Positions 7,244 through 17,243 of a stretch of DNA of 20,000 bases are shown in pieces. How positions within the stretch are numbered: the stretch's first letter is position 1; each line of letters starts with the position of its first letter. The notes below the pieces were generated by a model. It searched no databases. It saw nothing but the letters and a program-made list of their open reading frames with translations, and was not told the origin of the DNA. The stretch covers positions 52,646-72,645 of IMG/VR virus record IMGVR_UViG_3300015615_000207; one strand, given 5' to 3'. The position numbers and the translations under genes were made by a program. The DNA comes from an uncultured virus (IMG/VR IMGVR_UViG_3300015615_000207). Lineage: Duplodnaviria > Heunggongvirae > Uroviricota > Caudoviricetes.

Positions 7244-10200
7244 AGCTAGTGCGTTAATCGATTTTGCAGTCAATATTGCCAAACTGCAAACAGATATGAA
7301 CTCGGCCGTACGGATTGTTGATACCAACTTCAAGAAGATCAACAAATCAGCGTCAGAGTTGCGCACTGCCTTTGCCACCATTGCTGGTGGTATCGCTGTC
7401 AAAGAAATTCTTAGAACCGCTGACCAGTACAACGTGCTTCAAGCACGCATCAAACAGGCAACCAAGGCGACCGGCGATTATGCCGCTGTTTCGCGCGAAC
7501 TGTTTAGAATCAGCCAACAAACAGGCGCATCGCTGAAGGACACTACCGATGTCTTTCAGCGATTGTCGCTTGCTGCCACCAACCTTGGTTCGTCGAATAA
7601 AGATCTTTTGCAGTTGACCGCGACTGTAGAAAAACTCGGCGTTCTCGGCGGTGCCTCGACTTCTGCCTTGAACGCCGGACTTATGCAGTTCGGTCAAGCG
7701 ATGGGGTCGGGCATCGTCAGAGCCGAAGAATTTAATTCGTTGATTGAAAACATTCCGCTTGTCGCGAAGAAGATCGCTGACGGTATGGGAATGACGACGG
7801 CGCAACTCAGAACACTCGTCATTGACGGAAAAATACTTTCGAAAGATGTCTTCGAGTCTCTTAAGAAGCAAGCGCCGGAAATCGCTCGCGAGTTCGAAAA
7901 GATGCCAGCTTCTCTCGAACGTTCTGCGAATGCGCTGGCGAATAGTTTCCAGAAAGCTCTCGGTGAACTCGACAACAGTATCGGGCTCACGAGAACTCTT
8001 GCTGCTGGTTTGGATGTAATTGCTCAGAATGCCGACAAGGTGACTGGTGCTGTCACAGGTATCGCTGTCGCGATTGGTATCGTGAAGATCGCCACTCTCG
8101 ACTATGTCGCGATGGCAAAGGCAGCTACGGCGGCATGGGCGGCGATGAGCGGACCGATCGGTATTGCAGCCCTTGCAATTGGCGCGGCAGTTGCCGCTGT
8201 AATCGCTTTTAAAGACGAGTCGTTTCAAATTGGCAAGTACACGGTTAGCCTCGGCACTCTCTGGCAAGCCACATGGGAAGCCATGTCTGAAGTCGCTGCG
8301 AGTGCCTGGAAGGCGGTAAGCGAAGGCGCAAATAAAGCCTGGCAATTCATAGTCAATGTGTTCAACAACATCAACGAACACGGCAACGAAAAGATGCAAG
8401 GCGTGACCGAATTTTGGGCGCGCAGTTGGCAGATTATTTGCAATCTTGTCACTGGCGCATGGAATGTCATTGTCAGCGTGTTCAACCAGTTGGATGAACA
8501 TGGCAACAAAAAAATGAAGGGCGTCGAAGACTTCTGGGTGAAGAGCTTCACTGTCATCGGCCGGACTATCAGAGCCATCATGGACGGTGCAGTAGTCGTC
8601 ATCAAAGGTTTCTTGGATGCCATGGCGCGGATTCCGTTCATTGGCGACAAGTTTAAAGGTCTTTCTGCGCAAGTCCAGGAAGGCTATGACCAGATGACCA
8701 AAGGCGCCGCCAAGACGCTTGCGGGGCTCGGCGAAGCTGCTGGTACTGCGGTCAAGGGTGTTACCGATACTGTAGGTGGTATCGCAAAAGGAATAGGTGA
8801 CGCCGCCAAAACAGCTGGTGATCAATTCAATAAATTCGCGAACGGCATCTTAACTCGCGCTTCAGAACTTGAAGCGGCGAAGAAAAAGGCAGCTGAAGTT
8901 AGCGATACGAAAACACCGGCGATACCGCCTATCGACAAAACCCTGGAAAAAGCAAAAGAGTTTCTAGAACATCAACGCGCGATCAACGCCGAGATGGCGA
9001 CCGAAGTCAAATACGGTGAAGCCGCTGCTGAATTTGAAAAACTGAAGGCGCAGTTCGCAGAAAAGGTAAAGCGCGATCTTCTTCCAGGTGAATTAAAGGC
9101 CCTGAAAGAAATCCTTGCAGAACGCAAGAAAATCCGTGAGCTTGACGCGCTTCAGAAAGCCAATCGCTCGATTGACGAAGAGCTTCAAGCGCTCGCAATG
9201 AAGCGCCAAGGGCTCGAAGACGAAATACCGGTCATGCAGTTCTTGAATGAGTTGAAGGCAAAAGGTCTGTCGATCGCTCAGCAAGAAGTCGAAGCGCTCA
9301 AAGAAAAGTACCGCATGAAGGGGCTTGAAGAGCGCAGTCAGCAGACTGATGCCGACATCGAAGCCATGGCTCGCAAAACGCAAGAATTGCGCGATCAGCT
9401 TCGATACGGAAAAGATGAATCCGAAGTTCTAGCGGCTCAACGTGATGCACGTTCAAAGAACAAGGACATCACGCAAGAGCAGCTCGATGCTATTCGGCGC
9501 ATGAAAGAGAACGAAATTCAAATCAATCACGTACTCGAAGCGCGTGAAAAGTGGATGGAACGTCTCAAGAAGATCCAAGAAGACAACATGGATTCATTCT
9601 TGGATCTGATCTCTGACGGCGGCATGAAGAATGAGCTGAAAGCGATCGCTGACGCCATGAAGGACTTGAAGCCAGGCGAAGCGCTCACTGAATGGCAAGA
9701 GCAGCAGCTTCGCGCAGGCGCCGCGATGAAGACGTACCTGGAAGACGCCAAGAAGGCGCAGGACATCATCAAGGATTCGCGTACAGATCAGCAAAAATGG
9801 AACGATGAACTTAAAGAGCTTAACCGGCTGGCACAGCAGGGCTTGCTGACTTTTGATCAGTGGAGTCAAGCAGTCAAGAAAGCGTCGCCGGAATACAAAA
9901 AGATCAAAGAGTTCTCGGAAGAAACAGCGAAGACCTTCACGAAGGCTCTCGATGACTGGATCTTTAAAGGCAAGAAGCTCAGTGAAGTCTTCAAGGATCT
10001 GACAAAGAATCTCGCGGCAACGATCGCCAAGAAGGCTTTGTTCGAGCCCCTCGAAAACAAGATCACCAACTCGCTATCAAACGCTCTCTGGAACCGCAAA
10101 GCACCGGCTTTTCCTGGCACTGGCACATTCGTTCCGAATCCGTACATGGGCGGTCTTCCGTTCAATTTTGCCGGTGGCAACGGTCCTTTCGGTATGTCGC

Positions 10201-12767
10201 CGTTCGGTCCTGGTGGTCCTGGCGGTGGCAGCTACACCGGCCCGCCTCTCTTTGGCGGTGGAAGCGGTGGCTCTGGCTATTACCCTGGTTTTAGCGCCCC
10301 AATGGGCGGACTTGGGCCGATGAATATCACGGCATCCGGACCGGTCACAGTCAATAGCGGCTCGATGAACATCGGCGGTGGTAGCGCTGGAAACAACCCG
10401 ATTACGAGCGCATTCGACAAGTTAAAGCAGATGCTCGGCGGACTTTTCGGCGGCTTCCTGGGCGGTCTGAAGAATATCATATCGCTGCCGTTCAACATGC
10501 TTGGCGGTCTTTTTGGTGGCGGTGGCGGCGGTGGCATGCTCGGTGGACTGGGCGGCATGTTAAGCGGTCTTGGTGGTGGACTCGGCGGTATCAGCAAAAT
10601 CGGCGGTCTTCTGAATCCCCTAGGGTTGCTCGGTGGAATTGGTAACGCGTTCAACACCACTATGGGTGGTGACAACATCTTCAAGAGTATCGCCCCGTTA
10701 TTGAATCCGCTCGGGCTTCTCGGCGGCATCGGCAAAGCAGCCGGAACGACTCTTGGTGGCGACTCGATTTTCAGAGATGTCGCTCCATTAATGAATCCCT
10801 TGAACCTTTTCAAAGGGATAACCAGCGCTGTTGGTGGCGTATTCGGTGGCGGAAAATACTTCGGCGGTGGTGTCACTGGCGGCATGTCATATCTTGTCGG
10901 TGAGCGAGGCCCTGAGCTGTTTACCCCAGGATCGTCGGGACAAATCACGCCAAACCGACAGCTCGACATCGACGGCATCATGCAGAAGCCGGGCGGCAAT
11001 CCCTACTATCAAGGGATTCAAAACTATAAGCCCGACTGGAGCCAATTCAACGACATGTCCTTTGCAGGGCAAGACGGTCAACAAGGTTGGCGTATTGAGC
11101 AATTACTTGCAAAGAAAGAAGCCTACATGGCGATGACGCCTGACCAGCAGATGTTGGCGCGAACTACAGGTGCTGGCTATTTCAACTCGCAAGACAATTA
11201 CGAGCTTGAGAGAGCACTACATACGGTGCCGCTCACAATTCAAAATCAACTTGCCGAACTCGAAAGGCAACAGTTGTACGCCGGGACTCAAGCCATTCTC
11301 GAAACCGGCGCTACCGACAACTTCACTCGTGGATGGGCGACAAGCACCCAGGCAAATCACACATGGGCAGCCATCTCTCGCGCGCTTCCCGGCTCGCTTC
11401 GAAACTTCTCGTTCGCCCTGGGCGATCAAAACGCCAACATGCTACAGCGTTGGGCGCACCGTGGAGCAGCGCCGGGCGCCGGATTGATGAGCTATGCCAA
11501 CGCTCTCGACTACGTCCGAAATAAATATCAACCGGCTGGCGGCTGGCAAGCTTTCGGAATGGGCTATTCCAGCATGGGCATGGGCGGCGGCGGTGGCTTT
11601 GCTGGTCAAGGCTGGTACGAGAACGACAAGCAGGGTCGCAACGCCTGGGGCACCGACGGTAGTGGCTTCTTTAGTCGTGCGCCTGTTGCCGGATGGGGCG
11701 ATGGATGGGGCTATCGCGCGGGAGCGCACGCACCACGCCCATTCGAAAACAACTCATTGCTTAAGGGCGGCTGGAGTACGCAGACAGTCAATGATTTCCA
11801 GTACGACAAGAATCGGCTTTACAACAAAGCGAGTTGGGAAGGCAATGCATTCGGTCGCCCAGGCTGGGAACCTTGGAACGTTCTGCCTGACGTGTACGGT
11901 AGTTCGCGGAACGCATCGAGTTCGCCGAACGAACCTGGCGCGGGCGGTTGGTCCGGTTATGGTCTTTCCGGTACAGAACACACGCTGCGCAACATGATGC
12001 AGAAAGGCTACACGCCGGAAATCGGCAGACAGCTCGGCACGTGGTCGAACAACCTACGTGCAGGCAGTGCTTATCAAGGTTTCTACCAGCCGCAAGAAAC
12101 TTGGTTGAAAAACACTGGCACCATGCCTGGTACCAGTGGCGGGCATCCGATTAACCCTGTCAGCCCTGATTCGTCTCGTCGATTCTTCGCGACAGATCCA
12201 GCAGCGTTTCCTGTTGGACAGGAGAATCCGGCTCTGGCGGCTTGGAACAAGATGTATAGCGATGTTTCGACCAGCGCCGCTCAGAAATTCGCTGAAGCAA
12301 AAGCATGGATGAGCAACCCGCAGAATCTTCAAGGACTTTGGGATACATATCAAATGATCGATATTGGTCCGCTTACGGGTCCGGTGACCAGTTACGCAAC
12401 TGACAAATGGAGTCAGTTCCAGAAAAGCGACATTTACAGATTTGGCATGAGAGCGCTCGATGGCTACGCCCACGGCGGAAGACCGAAGCCAGGTGAACCT
12501 GCGGTAGTCGGGGAGTTCGGGCCGGAACTTTTCGTTCCAGACACCAGCGGCGCAATTATTCCAAACAGAAAAATGAAAGGCGGTAGTGACGTAAATGTCT
12601 TCGTCGAGGTCAAGGGCGCTCACGATAACTACTCAGTCAATCAGCGCCGCCTTCCGAATGGCGACATGGAAATCGTCATTCAGGACATGCTCGCTTCGGC
12701 GGCACGCAACAAAGGCGGTTCGTTCTCTCGCGCTCTCAATTCGCCACGCTCAACAGGGAGATCTTAA
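7227..12767 (+). CDS. Tail tape measure protein, 1846 aa, with expanded C-terminal half
   Basis: N-terminal tape-measure domain (AD-Y--L-ARIK, QFGQAMGSG-VRAEEFNS--EN-P), hydrophobic segment, Trp-spaced repeats, long coiled coil, C-terminal VGE-GPELF-P motif, position after G/GT. Confidence 0.95.
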   Translation: MAPNIRASALIDFAVNIAKLQTDMNSAVRIVDTNFKKINKSASELRTAFATIAGGIAVKEILRTADQYNVLQARIKQATKATGDYAAVSRELFRISQQTGASLKDTTDVFQRLSLAATNLGSSNKDLLQLTATVEKLGVLGGASTSALNAGLMQFGQAMGSGIVRAEEFNSLIENIPLVAKKIADGMGMTTAQLRTLVIDGKILSKDVFESLKKQAPEIAREFEKMPASLERSANALANSFQKALGELDNSIGLTRTLAAGLDVIAQNADKVTGAVTGIAVAIGIVKIATLDYVAMAKAATAAWAAMSGPIGIAALAIGAAVAAVIAFKDESFQIGKYTVSLGTLWQATWEAMSEVAASAWKAVSEGANKAWQFIVNVFNNINEHGNEKMQGVTEFWARSWQIICNLVTGAWNVIVSVFNQLDEHGNKKMKGVEDFWVKSFTVIGRTIRAIMDGAVVVIKGFLDAMARIPFIGDKFKGLSAQVQEGYDQMTKGAAKTLAGLGEAAGTAVKGVTDTVGGIAKGIGDAAKTAGDQFNKFANGILTRASELEAAKKKAAEVSDTKTPAIPPIDKTLEKAKEFLEHQRAINAEMATEVKYGEAAAEFEKLKAQFAEKVKRDLLPGELKALKEILAERKKIRELDALQKANRSIDEELQALAMKRQGLEDEIPVMQFLNELKAKGLSIAQQEVEALKEKYRMKGLEERSQQTDADIEAMARKTQELRDQLRYGKDESEVLAAQRDARSKNKDITQEQLDAIRRMKENEIQINHVLEAREKWMERLKKIQEDNMDSFLDLISDGGMKNELKAIADAMKDLKPGEALTEWQEQQLRAGAAMKTYLEDAKKAQDIIKDSRTDQQKWNDELKELNRLAQQGLLTFDQWSQAVKKASPEYKKIKEFSEETAKTFTKALDDWIFKGKKLSEVFKDLTKNLAATIAKKALFEPLENKITNSLSNALWNRKAPAFPGTGTFVPNPYMGGLPFNFAGGNGPFGMSPFGPGGPGGGSYTGPPLFGGGSGGSGYYPGFSAPMGGLGPMNITASGPVTVNSGSMNIGGGSAGNNPITSAFDKLKQMLGGLFGGFLGGLKNIISLPFNMLGGLFGGGGGGGMLGGLGGMLSGLGGGLGGISKIGGLLNPLGLLGGIGNAFNTTMGGDNIFKSIAPLLNPLGLLGGIGKAAGTTLGGDSIFRDVAPLMNPLNLFKGITSAVGGVFGGGKYFGGGVTGGMSYLVGERGPELFTPGSSGQITPNRQLDIDGIMQKPGGNPYYQGIQNYKPDWSQFNDMSFAGQDGQQGWRIEQLLAKKEAYMAMTPDQQMLARTTGAGYFNSQDNYELERALHTVPLTIQNQLAELERQQLYAGTQAILETGATDNFTRGWATSTQANHTWAAISRALPGSLRNFSFALGDQNANMLQRWAHRGAAPGAGLMSYANALDYVRNKYQPAGGWQAFGMGYSSMGMGGGGGFAGQGWYENDKQGRNAWGTDGSGFFSRAPVAGWGDGWGYRAGAHAPRPFENNSLLKGGWSTQTVNDFQYDKNRLYNKASWEGNAFGRPGWEPWNVLPDVYGSSRNASSSPNEPGAGGWSGYGLSGTEHTLRNMMQKGYTPEIGRQLGTWSNNLRAGSAYQGFYQPQETWLKNTGTMPGTSGGHPINPVSPDSSRRFFATDPAAFPVGQENPALAAWNKMYSDVSTSAAQKFAEAKAWMSNPQNLQGLWDTYQMIDIGPLTGPVTSYATDKWSQFQKSDIYRFGMRALDGYAHGGRPKPGEPAVVGEFGPELFVPDTSGAIIPNRKMKGGSDVNVFVEVKGAHDNYSVNQRRLPNGDMEIVIQDMLASAARNKGGSFSRALNSPRSTGRS
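8340..8560 (+). repeat. Two 40-aa tandem repeats in the TMP
   Basis: WQFIVNVFNNINEHGNEKMQGVTEFWARS vs WNVIVSVFNQLDEHGNKKMKGVEDFWVKS, 120-nt period. Confidence 0.85.
10608..10840 (+). repeat. About 2.5 copies of a 30-aa (90-nt) repeat in the TMP
   Basis: LLNPLGLLGGIG starts at 10608 and 10698; LMNPLNLFKGI starts at 10788. Confidence 0.9.
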
Positions 12768-12769
12768 TC

Positions 12770-13129
12770 ATGGCTGCCATAGATTTTCCACTCACACTTC
12801 CGCAAAACATCCTCGTCGGCTACAACGACACGCAGCCACAAAACGCGCAGGCATCCGAGATGGATACCGGACCGGTAAAGCTCCGCACGCGATTCACCGG
12901 TGTGCCCAGGTACATCACAAACGCACGCCTTGTACTCACGAAAGCAGAGAAGCGCATATTCAGGGACTTTTATGAGCTTTTCTCGGGTACCGAGTTTAAC
13001 TGGATAGACCCTGACGACACGCCGCCCAGTGCATGTGAATGCCGCTTCCTGATGGGACAGCCGCCGATGTTCGATCGAATCGACCCTGACAGATTCATAG
13101 CCACATTTGCCTTCGAGATCTTGCCATGA
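12770..13129 (+). CDS. Distal tail protein (lambda gpM-like)
   Basis: SEMDTGP-K-R-RFT, F--FY, F-W-DP motifs; directly after the TMP. Confidence 0.8.
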   Translation: MAAIDFPLTLPQNILVGYNDTQPQNAQASEMDTGPVKLRTRFTGVPRYITNARLVLTKAEKRIFRDFYELFSGTEFNWIDPDDTPPSACECRFLMGQPPMFDRIDPDRFIATFAFEILP

Positions 13130-13626
13130 CCGTAGCACTCACCACAAATAGTTTGGCGGAAATTTTCAAGCGCAGCAGTAATGACGCGTTTCTTCGACTG
13201 CTTGAAATCGAGCATTCTACCTGGACGCCGACGGTCGAACGGTTTACGAACAACAAAGTAAACGTCGCAAATGCAGGCGGCTCAAACCAAACTTACGAAG
13301 CGATCGCTTTTGAGATTGAGCCTCCGCATGACCTTAATGAAGTCTCGCGTGTTCGTCTCCTTATCGACAACACACAGCGAAGAATGATGGCAAAGGTTCG
13401 TTCGATCGCTTCACGAACGCCAGCGCAAGTGACACTAAAACTGGTGCTTGCCAGTGCGCCTAATACACTGATTCGACCGGCATGGGTAATGGAAGCCCGG
13501 CAGGTTCAGTACACCGCCAGTGGTATCGCGCTTACGTGCCTCTTCAATGTCCTTTGTTCTGAAGTCGTGCCGATGCATGTTATGAATCCGGCCCGAAACC
13601 CAGGACTCTATAAGGAGTCAGAGTGA
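13126..13626 (+). CDS. Tail tip/hub protein (DUF1833, gpL-position)
   Basis: L-LLEIEH, Y-A--FEI--P, L-IDN, VLASAP and terminal P--NPGLY. ATGA overlap. Confidence 0.8.
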   Translation: MTVALTTNSLAEIFKRSSNDAFLRLLEIEHSTWTPTVERFTNNKVNVANAGGSNQTYEAIAFEIEPPHDLNEVSRVRLLIDNTQRRMMAKVRSIASRTPAQVTLKLVLASAPNTLIRPAWVMEARQVQYTASGIALTCLFNVLCSEVVPMHVMNPARNPGLYKESE

Positions 13627-16600
13627 TGTTCGACAGCACAACTGGTGGCAGCCCTCAAGGCGTGGCAACCGGCAGTGGAATAAAGATGGAGACTGTTGGC
13701 GGCGTGCCCGGCGGCGTGAACACCGGCTCTGCGCACACGATGACAGTGTCGTCACCGCAACAACAAGATCAGGGCATCTTTGGAAAGTTTTGGGATTGGC
13801 TCTTTGGCGGCGGCGGTGGTTCAACTCAAGATCCTGCTGACACCTCGATTATTCCGCTGAACGGCATCGCAGCAACGCCTGAAGTGCTCGCGCCACCACC
13901 GGCACTACCGTCAGGTAATCAGAAGACAAAAGCGCGCCTTACAGGTATAAGCAATCAAGACGGTCGCGGACAAGTAGACCCAAGAGTCTTCGGTACCAAC
14001 AAAGTCTTCCCTGTTAAAGCTGCCCGAGTCATTACGGAAACACGCGGTGGACAGCAGTATATGTCCGCGCTCTTTAGTCTTGGCTACGGACCGCTCGATA
14101 TTTCAGATATTCGCATCGGCGACAAGCCAATCGCTGAATACGAAGAAATTGAATATGAAGTGCGCGAAGGCACCACTGGTGATGCAGCCATCACCCTCTA
14201 CACTCAGGACGTCGAACAGGATGAGTTCAACGAACTACTTTCTTACAACAAAGAAGTGGTGAAGCTCGCCGATCAGAACGCTATCCGCATTGTCGTCGAA
14301 GTCTTCTTTCCTGCGGGGCTCTTCACAAAAACCGTTGACGAGCTTACCGGCGAAGAGACCTTCTCGGATCGTACGGTGAGCATCAAAGTAGAGTACAGAG
14401 TTTCAGGTTCTGCCGGTCCGTGGGAGAACGGTGGAAACATCACAAAATCCGCCAACACTCAAGATCCTCTTTACGCGTTCAAGCAAATCAAGAACCTGAC
14501 AAAAGCGGTCTACGAAGTTCGCCTGACGAAACTGACGCAGACCAATCCTGGTTCTATGGACTATGTGCAATGGATTCAGATGCGCGCCTACGGCGACACG
14601 CTGCCGGTGAACCCGCGCAAGGACGTATTCGGCAACGCAGTCGGCACTGCCTATATCGCCATTCAAGCTAAAGCGCAAGAAGGACTTCAGGGCAACATCG
14701 AGTCACTGAGTTGCATCGTGAAGTCGAAGCTTCAGCACTGGAATGGGTTGTCGTGGGACGCAGCAGCCATCAGTAACAATTGTGCTGACATTTTCGCCGA
14801 GATGGTATGTGGCCAGTGGTCGGCAGAGCCAGCGGATAGAAACACCGAAATCCATACGGATTCGCTCAGCAACTGGCACAATTTCTGTGTCGCCAAAGGT
14901 TTCACGTTCAACTTCGTCTACGATCAGCCGACTGATTTTCTCGTTGCATTGAATCAAGTTTGCGCTGTTGGCTTGGCTTCACCAGCCATGATTGACGGTA
15001 AGTGGGGCGTTGTATTTGACACAGTCAAAACCGTACCGGCGCAAATAATCACACCTGCGAATATTCTCAAAGGTTCTTTCGAAGGCAGCATCACCTGGGT
15101 CGAAGACATCGACGCAATTGATTTTCAATTCGTCTCTCCAGACGACAAGTGGCAACAGACGCAGCGCCCCGTGTTCACCGACGGTAAAGACAGTTCAAAT
15201 TCACATCGTCGCCAAACCATGGCGATGGTTGGTGTGACAAACAAAGATCACGCATGGAAGCTTGGCCGCTACTACCTCGCCGTAGCAGAGCTTCGCCGCG
15301 AAGAGTTCACCGTCGCAATGGACTTCGAGTATCTTCGCTGTCAGCGTGGCGATCTTGTCTACTTCACGCATGACGTGCCTCAAATCGGACTCGGCGGATC
15401 GCGCATCAAATCTGTGCAAACTGACGGCGGTGGCAACGTCACCGGTATCACGCTTTGCGATCAATTCCCGACAAACCAAGGCACCAATTACGACATTGTG
15501 ATGCGCCTGCCGAACGGCACCATCTTGACTCGCACCACTGTCGGCGACAACAGCCAGAAGGCAAATTTTGTCTTCACGCAGAACATCCCGGTTGCAACAA
15601 ATCCGAAGCCAGCAGCAGGCGATCTAGTTTCATTCGGTGGATATCTCGAATGCATCGTGAAGAGCATCGAAGCAACCGAGAACCTTACCGCTCGCATCAC
15701 GCTGACACCGTATGCACCGGGTATCTTCACCGCTGACACCGGCACAATCCCAGAGTACACGCCAATTATCGTGATCGTTGACGATCAGGTGAGCACGGTT
15801 CAGCCACCACAAATTCAGCAAATCGTCTCGAACGAAGACGTACTTTATCGGAACCCAGACGGTTCATTCATCACTCGCGTTCAAGTGACGATGCGCCCGC
15901 CCGAAGCAGATATCGTCTACTGGGAATATCAAGTCCGCGCCAATGGCATGGAGGACTGGCCCGGCGTCTCCACGACAGTCGCAGCGACTTCGCCAGTGTT
16001 CTATATCACTGGTACTGGTATCACAGATGGTTCTGTAATCGATATCCGTATTCGCGTGAAGAGCACGTTGGGAATTAACAGCGCCTGGGTAATGGAACTC
16101 GCACACACAGTCATTGGACAGACAACGCAGCCGCCGAATGTGCCGTTTGTCGCTCTCGATCCGAAGTTGAAGCAGCTGCGGATTTTCTATGACGGCAGAT
16201 ACGGTATCACAAGACCGCTCGACTTCGCGGGCTACGAAGTCCGTATGCATTGGGACGCTACCGGAAACCCTTATGACGAGCACTACTACGCTGCCGCGAC
16301 TACGCTGAACTACCTTTTGACTGACGACATTTTTGACATCAGTGGTTTCGCTTCTGGTATCAAGACCTTCCTCGTCAAAGCTGTTGACGTCGCTGGAAAT
16401 AAATCAGCCGCGCCGTACGTCATCAGATGGGACTTCGGTCAGATGATCATCGAGAACTATCTGCAAACGAAGCCATTCGGGCCGATGTACAACGACGCGG
16501 ACATGACCATCACAAATGGTAGCGTATCTGGTGGCGCGATTCATGCCACACAGATCGGGCCTGGCGATAGCGCGCAGTTCTGGGCTGGTTCTGACACCGA

Positions 16601-17243
16601 TCCCGCGCATCACACTGGACCTGATACCGATCTCTTCTGGGGCGACAACTACAATCAACTTAAGGTCGAATGGGTCTTCGCGCCACCTGTAATCACCAAT
16701 TCGATAATGAAGCTCGCGACCACTATCTCGGCTGAGATCTATCGCATCGAGTACCGGACGCAAGTTGATGAGCTGTTTTACGGCGATCCTTCGATCTCTG
16801 ACTCAACAGTCTTCTCTTATCAGAATCCTGATGCCGACCCATTCTGGACGCCAGAGTATGGCATGTCTCCATGGTTGCCTTTCCCGACAGAAGGTATTCC
16901 AGCAAAGCATCAGCGCTACGAGTTCCGGATCGTTTGCGAAGCAAGTCGTATCGAATCAGTCATCAGTGAAATCACGATGATTATTGACGGCGTGACTCAA
17001 GAGCTGACCCGCTCGGACGTGTTCGTTTCCTCAAGCGGCACAACGCGAATTAGTGTATCGCCGCTTACCGCACTTCTTTCCGTGATTCCGGCAGTACAGC
17101 CAGATCCGGCATATCCAACCGCATTTTTCGCGGTAGTTGTAGACCGCGACCCGATCGCAGGTCCAAACATACAAATACTAGACTTCGCCGGGAACCTCGT
17201 TGACGGCTTGGTTTCAGTGTTCATTAAGGGGTACCAACAATGA
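13626..17243 (+). CDS. Central tail fibre/tip attachment protein (gpJ-like) with fused gpI-like C-terminal segment and Fn3-like domains
   Basis: P-VFG, LF-LGYGPL-ISDIRIG, FP-GLF, YEVRL, N-ADIF, FN-V-D, DGKWGVV-D, RGDLV--THD, LVKAVD-AGN-S. AGGAG SD at 13613-13617 favours ATG 13626 (GTG 13623 is an alternative). Confidence 0.9.
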   Translation: MFDSTTGGSPQGVATGSGIKMETVGGVPGGVNTGSAHTMTVSSPQQQDQGIFGKFWDWLFGGGGGSTQDPADTSIIPLNGIAATPEVLAPPPALPSGNQKTKARLTGISNQDGRGQVDPRVFGTNKVFPVKAARVITETRGGQQYMSALFSLGYGPLDISDIRIGDKPIAEYEEIEYEVREGTTGDAAITLYTQDVEQDEFNELLSYNKEVVKLADQNAIRIVVEVFFPAGLFTKTVDELTGEETFSDRTVSIKVEYRVSGSAGPWENGGNITKSANTQDPLYAFKQIKNLTKAVYEVRLTKLTQTNPGSMDYVQWIQMRAYGDTLPVNPRKDVFGNAVGTAYIAIQAKAQEGLQGNIESLSCIVKSKLQHWNGLSWDAAAISNNCADIFAEMVCGQWSAEPADRNTEIHTDSLSNWHNFCVAKGFTFNFVYDQPTDFLVALNQVCAVGLASPAMIDGKWGVVFDTVKTVPAQIITPANILKGSFEGSITWVEDIDAIDFQFVSPDDKWQQTQRPVFTDGKDSSNSHRRQTMAMVGVTNKDHAWKLGRYYLAVAELRREEFTVAMDFEYLRCQRGDLVYFTHDVPQIGLGGSRIKSVQTDGGGNVTGITLCDQFPTNQGTNYDIVMRLPNGTILTRTTVGDNSQKANFVFTQNIPVATNPKPAAGDLVSFGGYLECIVKSIEATENLTARITLTPYAPGIFTADTGTIPEYTPIIVIVDDQVSTVQPPQIQQIVSNEDVLYRNPDGSFITRVQVTMRPPEADIVYWEYQVRANGMEDWPGVSTTVAATSPVFYITGTGITDGSVIDIRIRVKSTLGINSAWVMELAHTVIGQTTQPPNVPFVALDPKLKQLRIFYDGRYGITRPLDFAGYEVRMHWDATGNPYDEHYYAAATTLNYLLTDDIFDISGFASGIKTFLVKAVDVAGNKSAAPYVIRWDFGQMIIENYLQTKPFGPMYNDADMTITNGSVSGGAIHATQIGPGDSAQFWAGSDTDPAHHTGPDTDLFWGDNYNQLKVEWVFAPPVITNSIMKLATTISAEIYRIEYRTQVDELFYGDPSISDSTVFSYQNPDADPFWTPEYGMSPWLPFPTEGIPAKHQRYEFRIVCEASRIESVISEITMIIDGVTQELTRSDVFVSSSGTTRISVSPLTALLSVIPAVQPDPAYPTAFFAVVVDRDPIAGPNIQILDFAGNLVDGLVSVFIKGYQQ

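Noticed and set aside
7353..8825. 490-aa minus-strand ORF, and other long antisense ORFs such as 1331-2098, 6062-6757 and 10280-10999
   Set aside because: They lie opposite well-supported + strand genes, show no recognisable motifs, and are explained as codon-bias shadows.
10966..12461. Intein or intron as the explanation for the TMP insert
   Set aside because: No recognisable intein splice-junction or homing endonuclease motifs, and the reading frame is uninterrupted.
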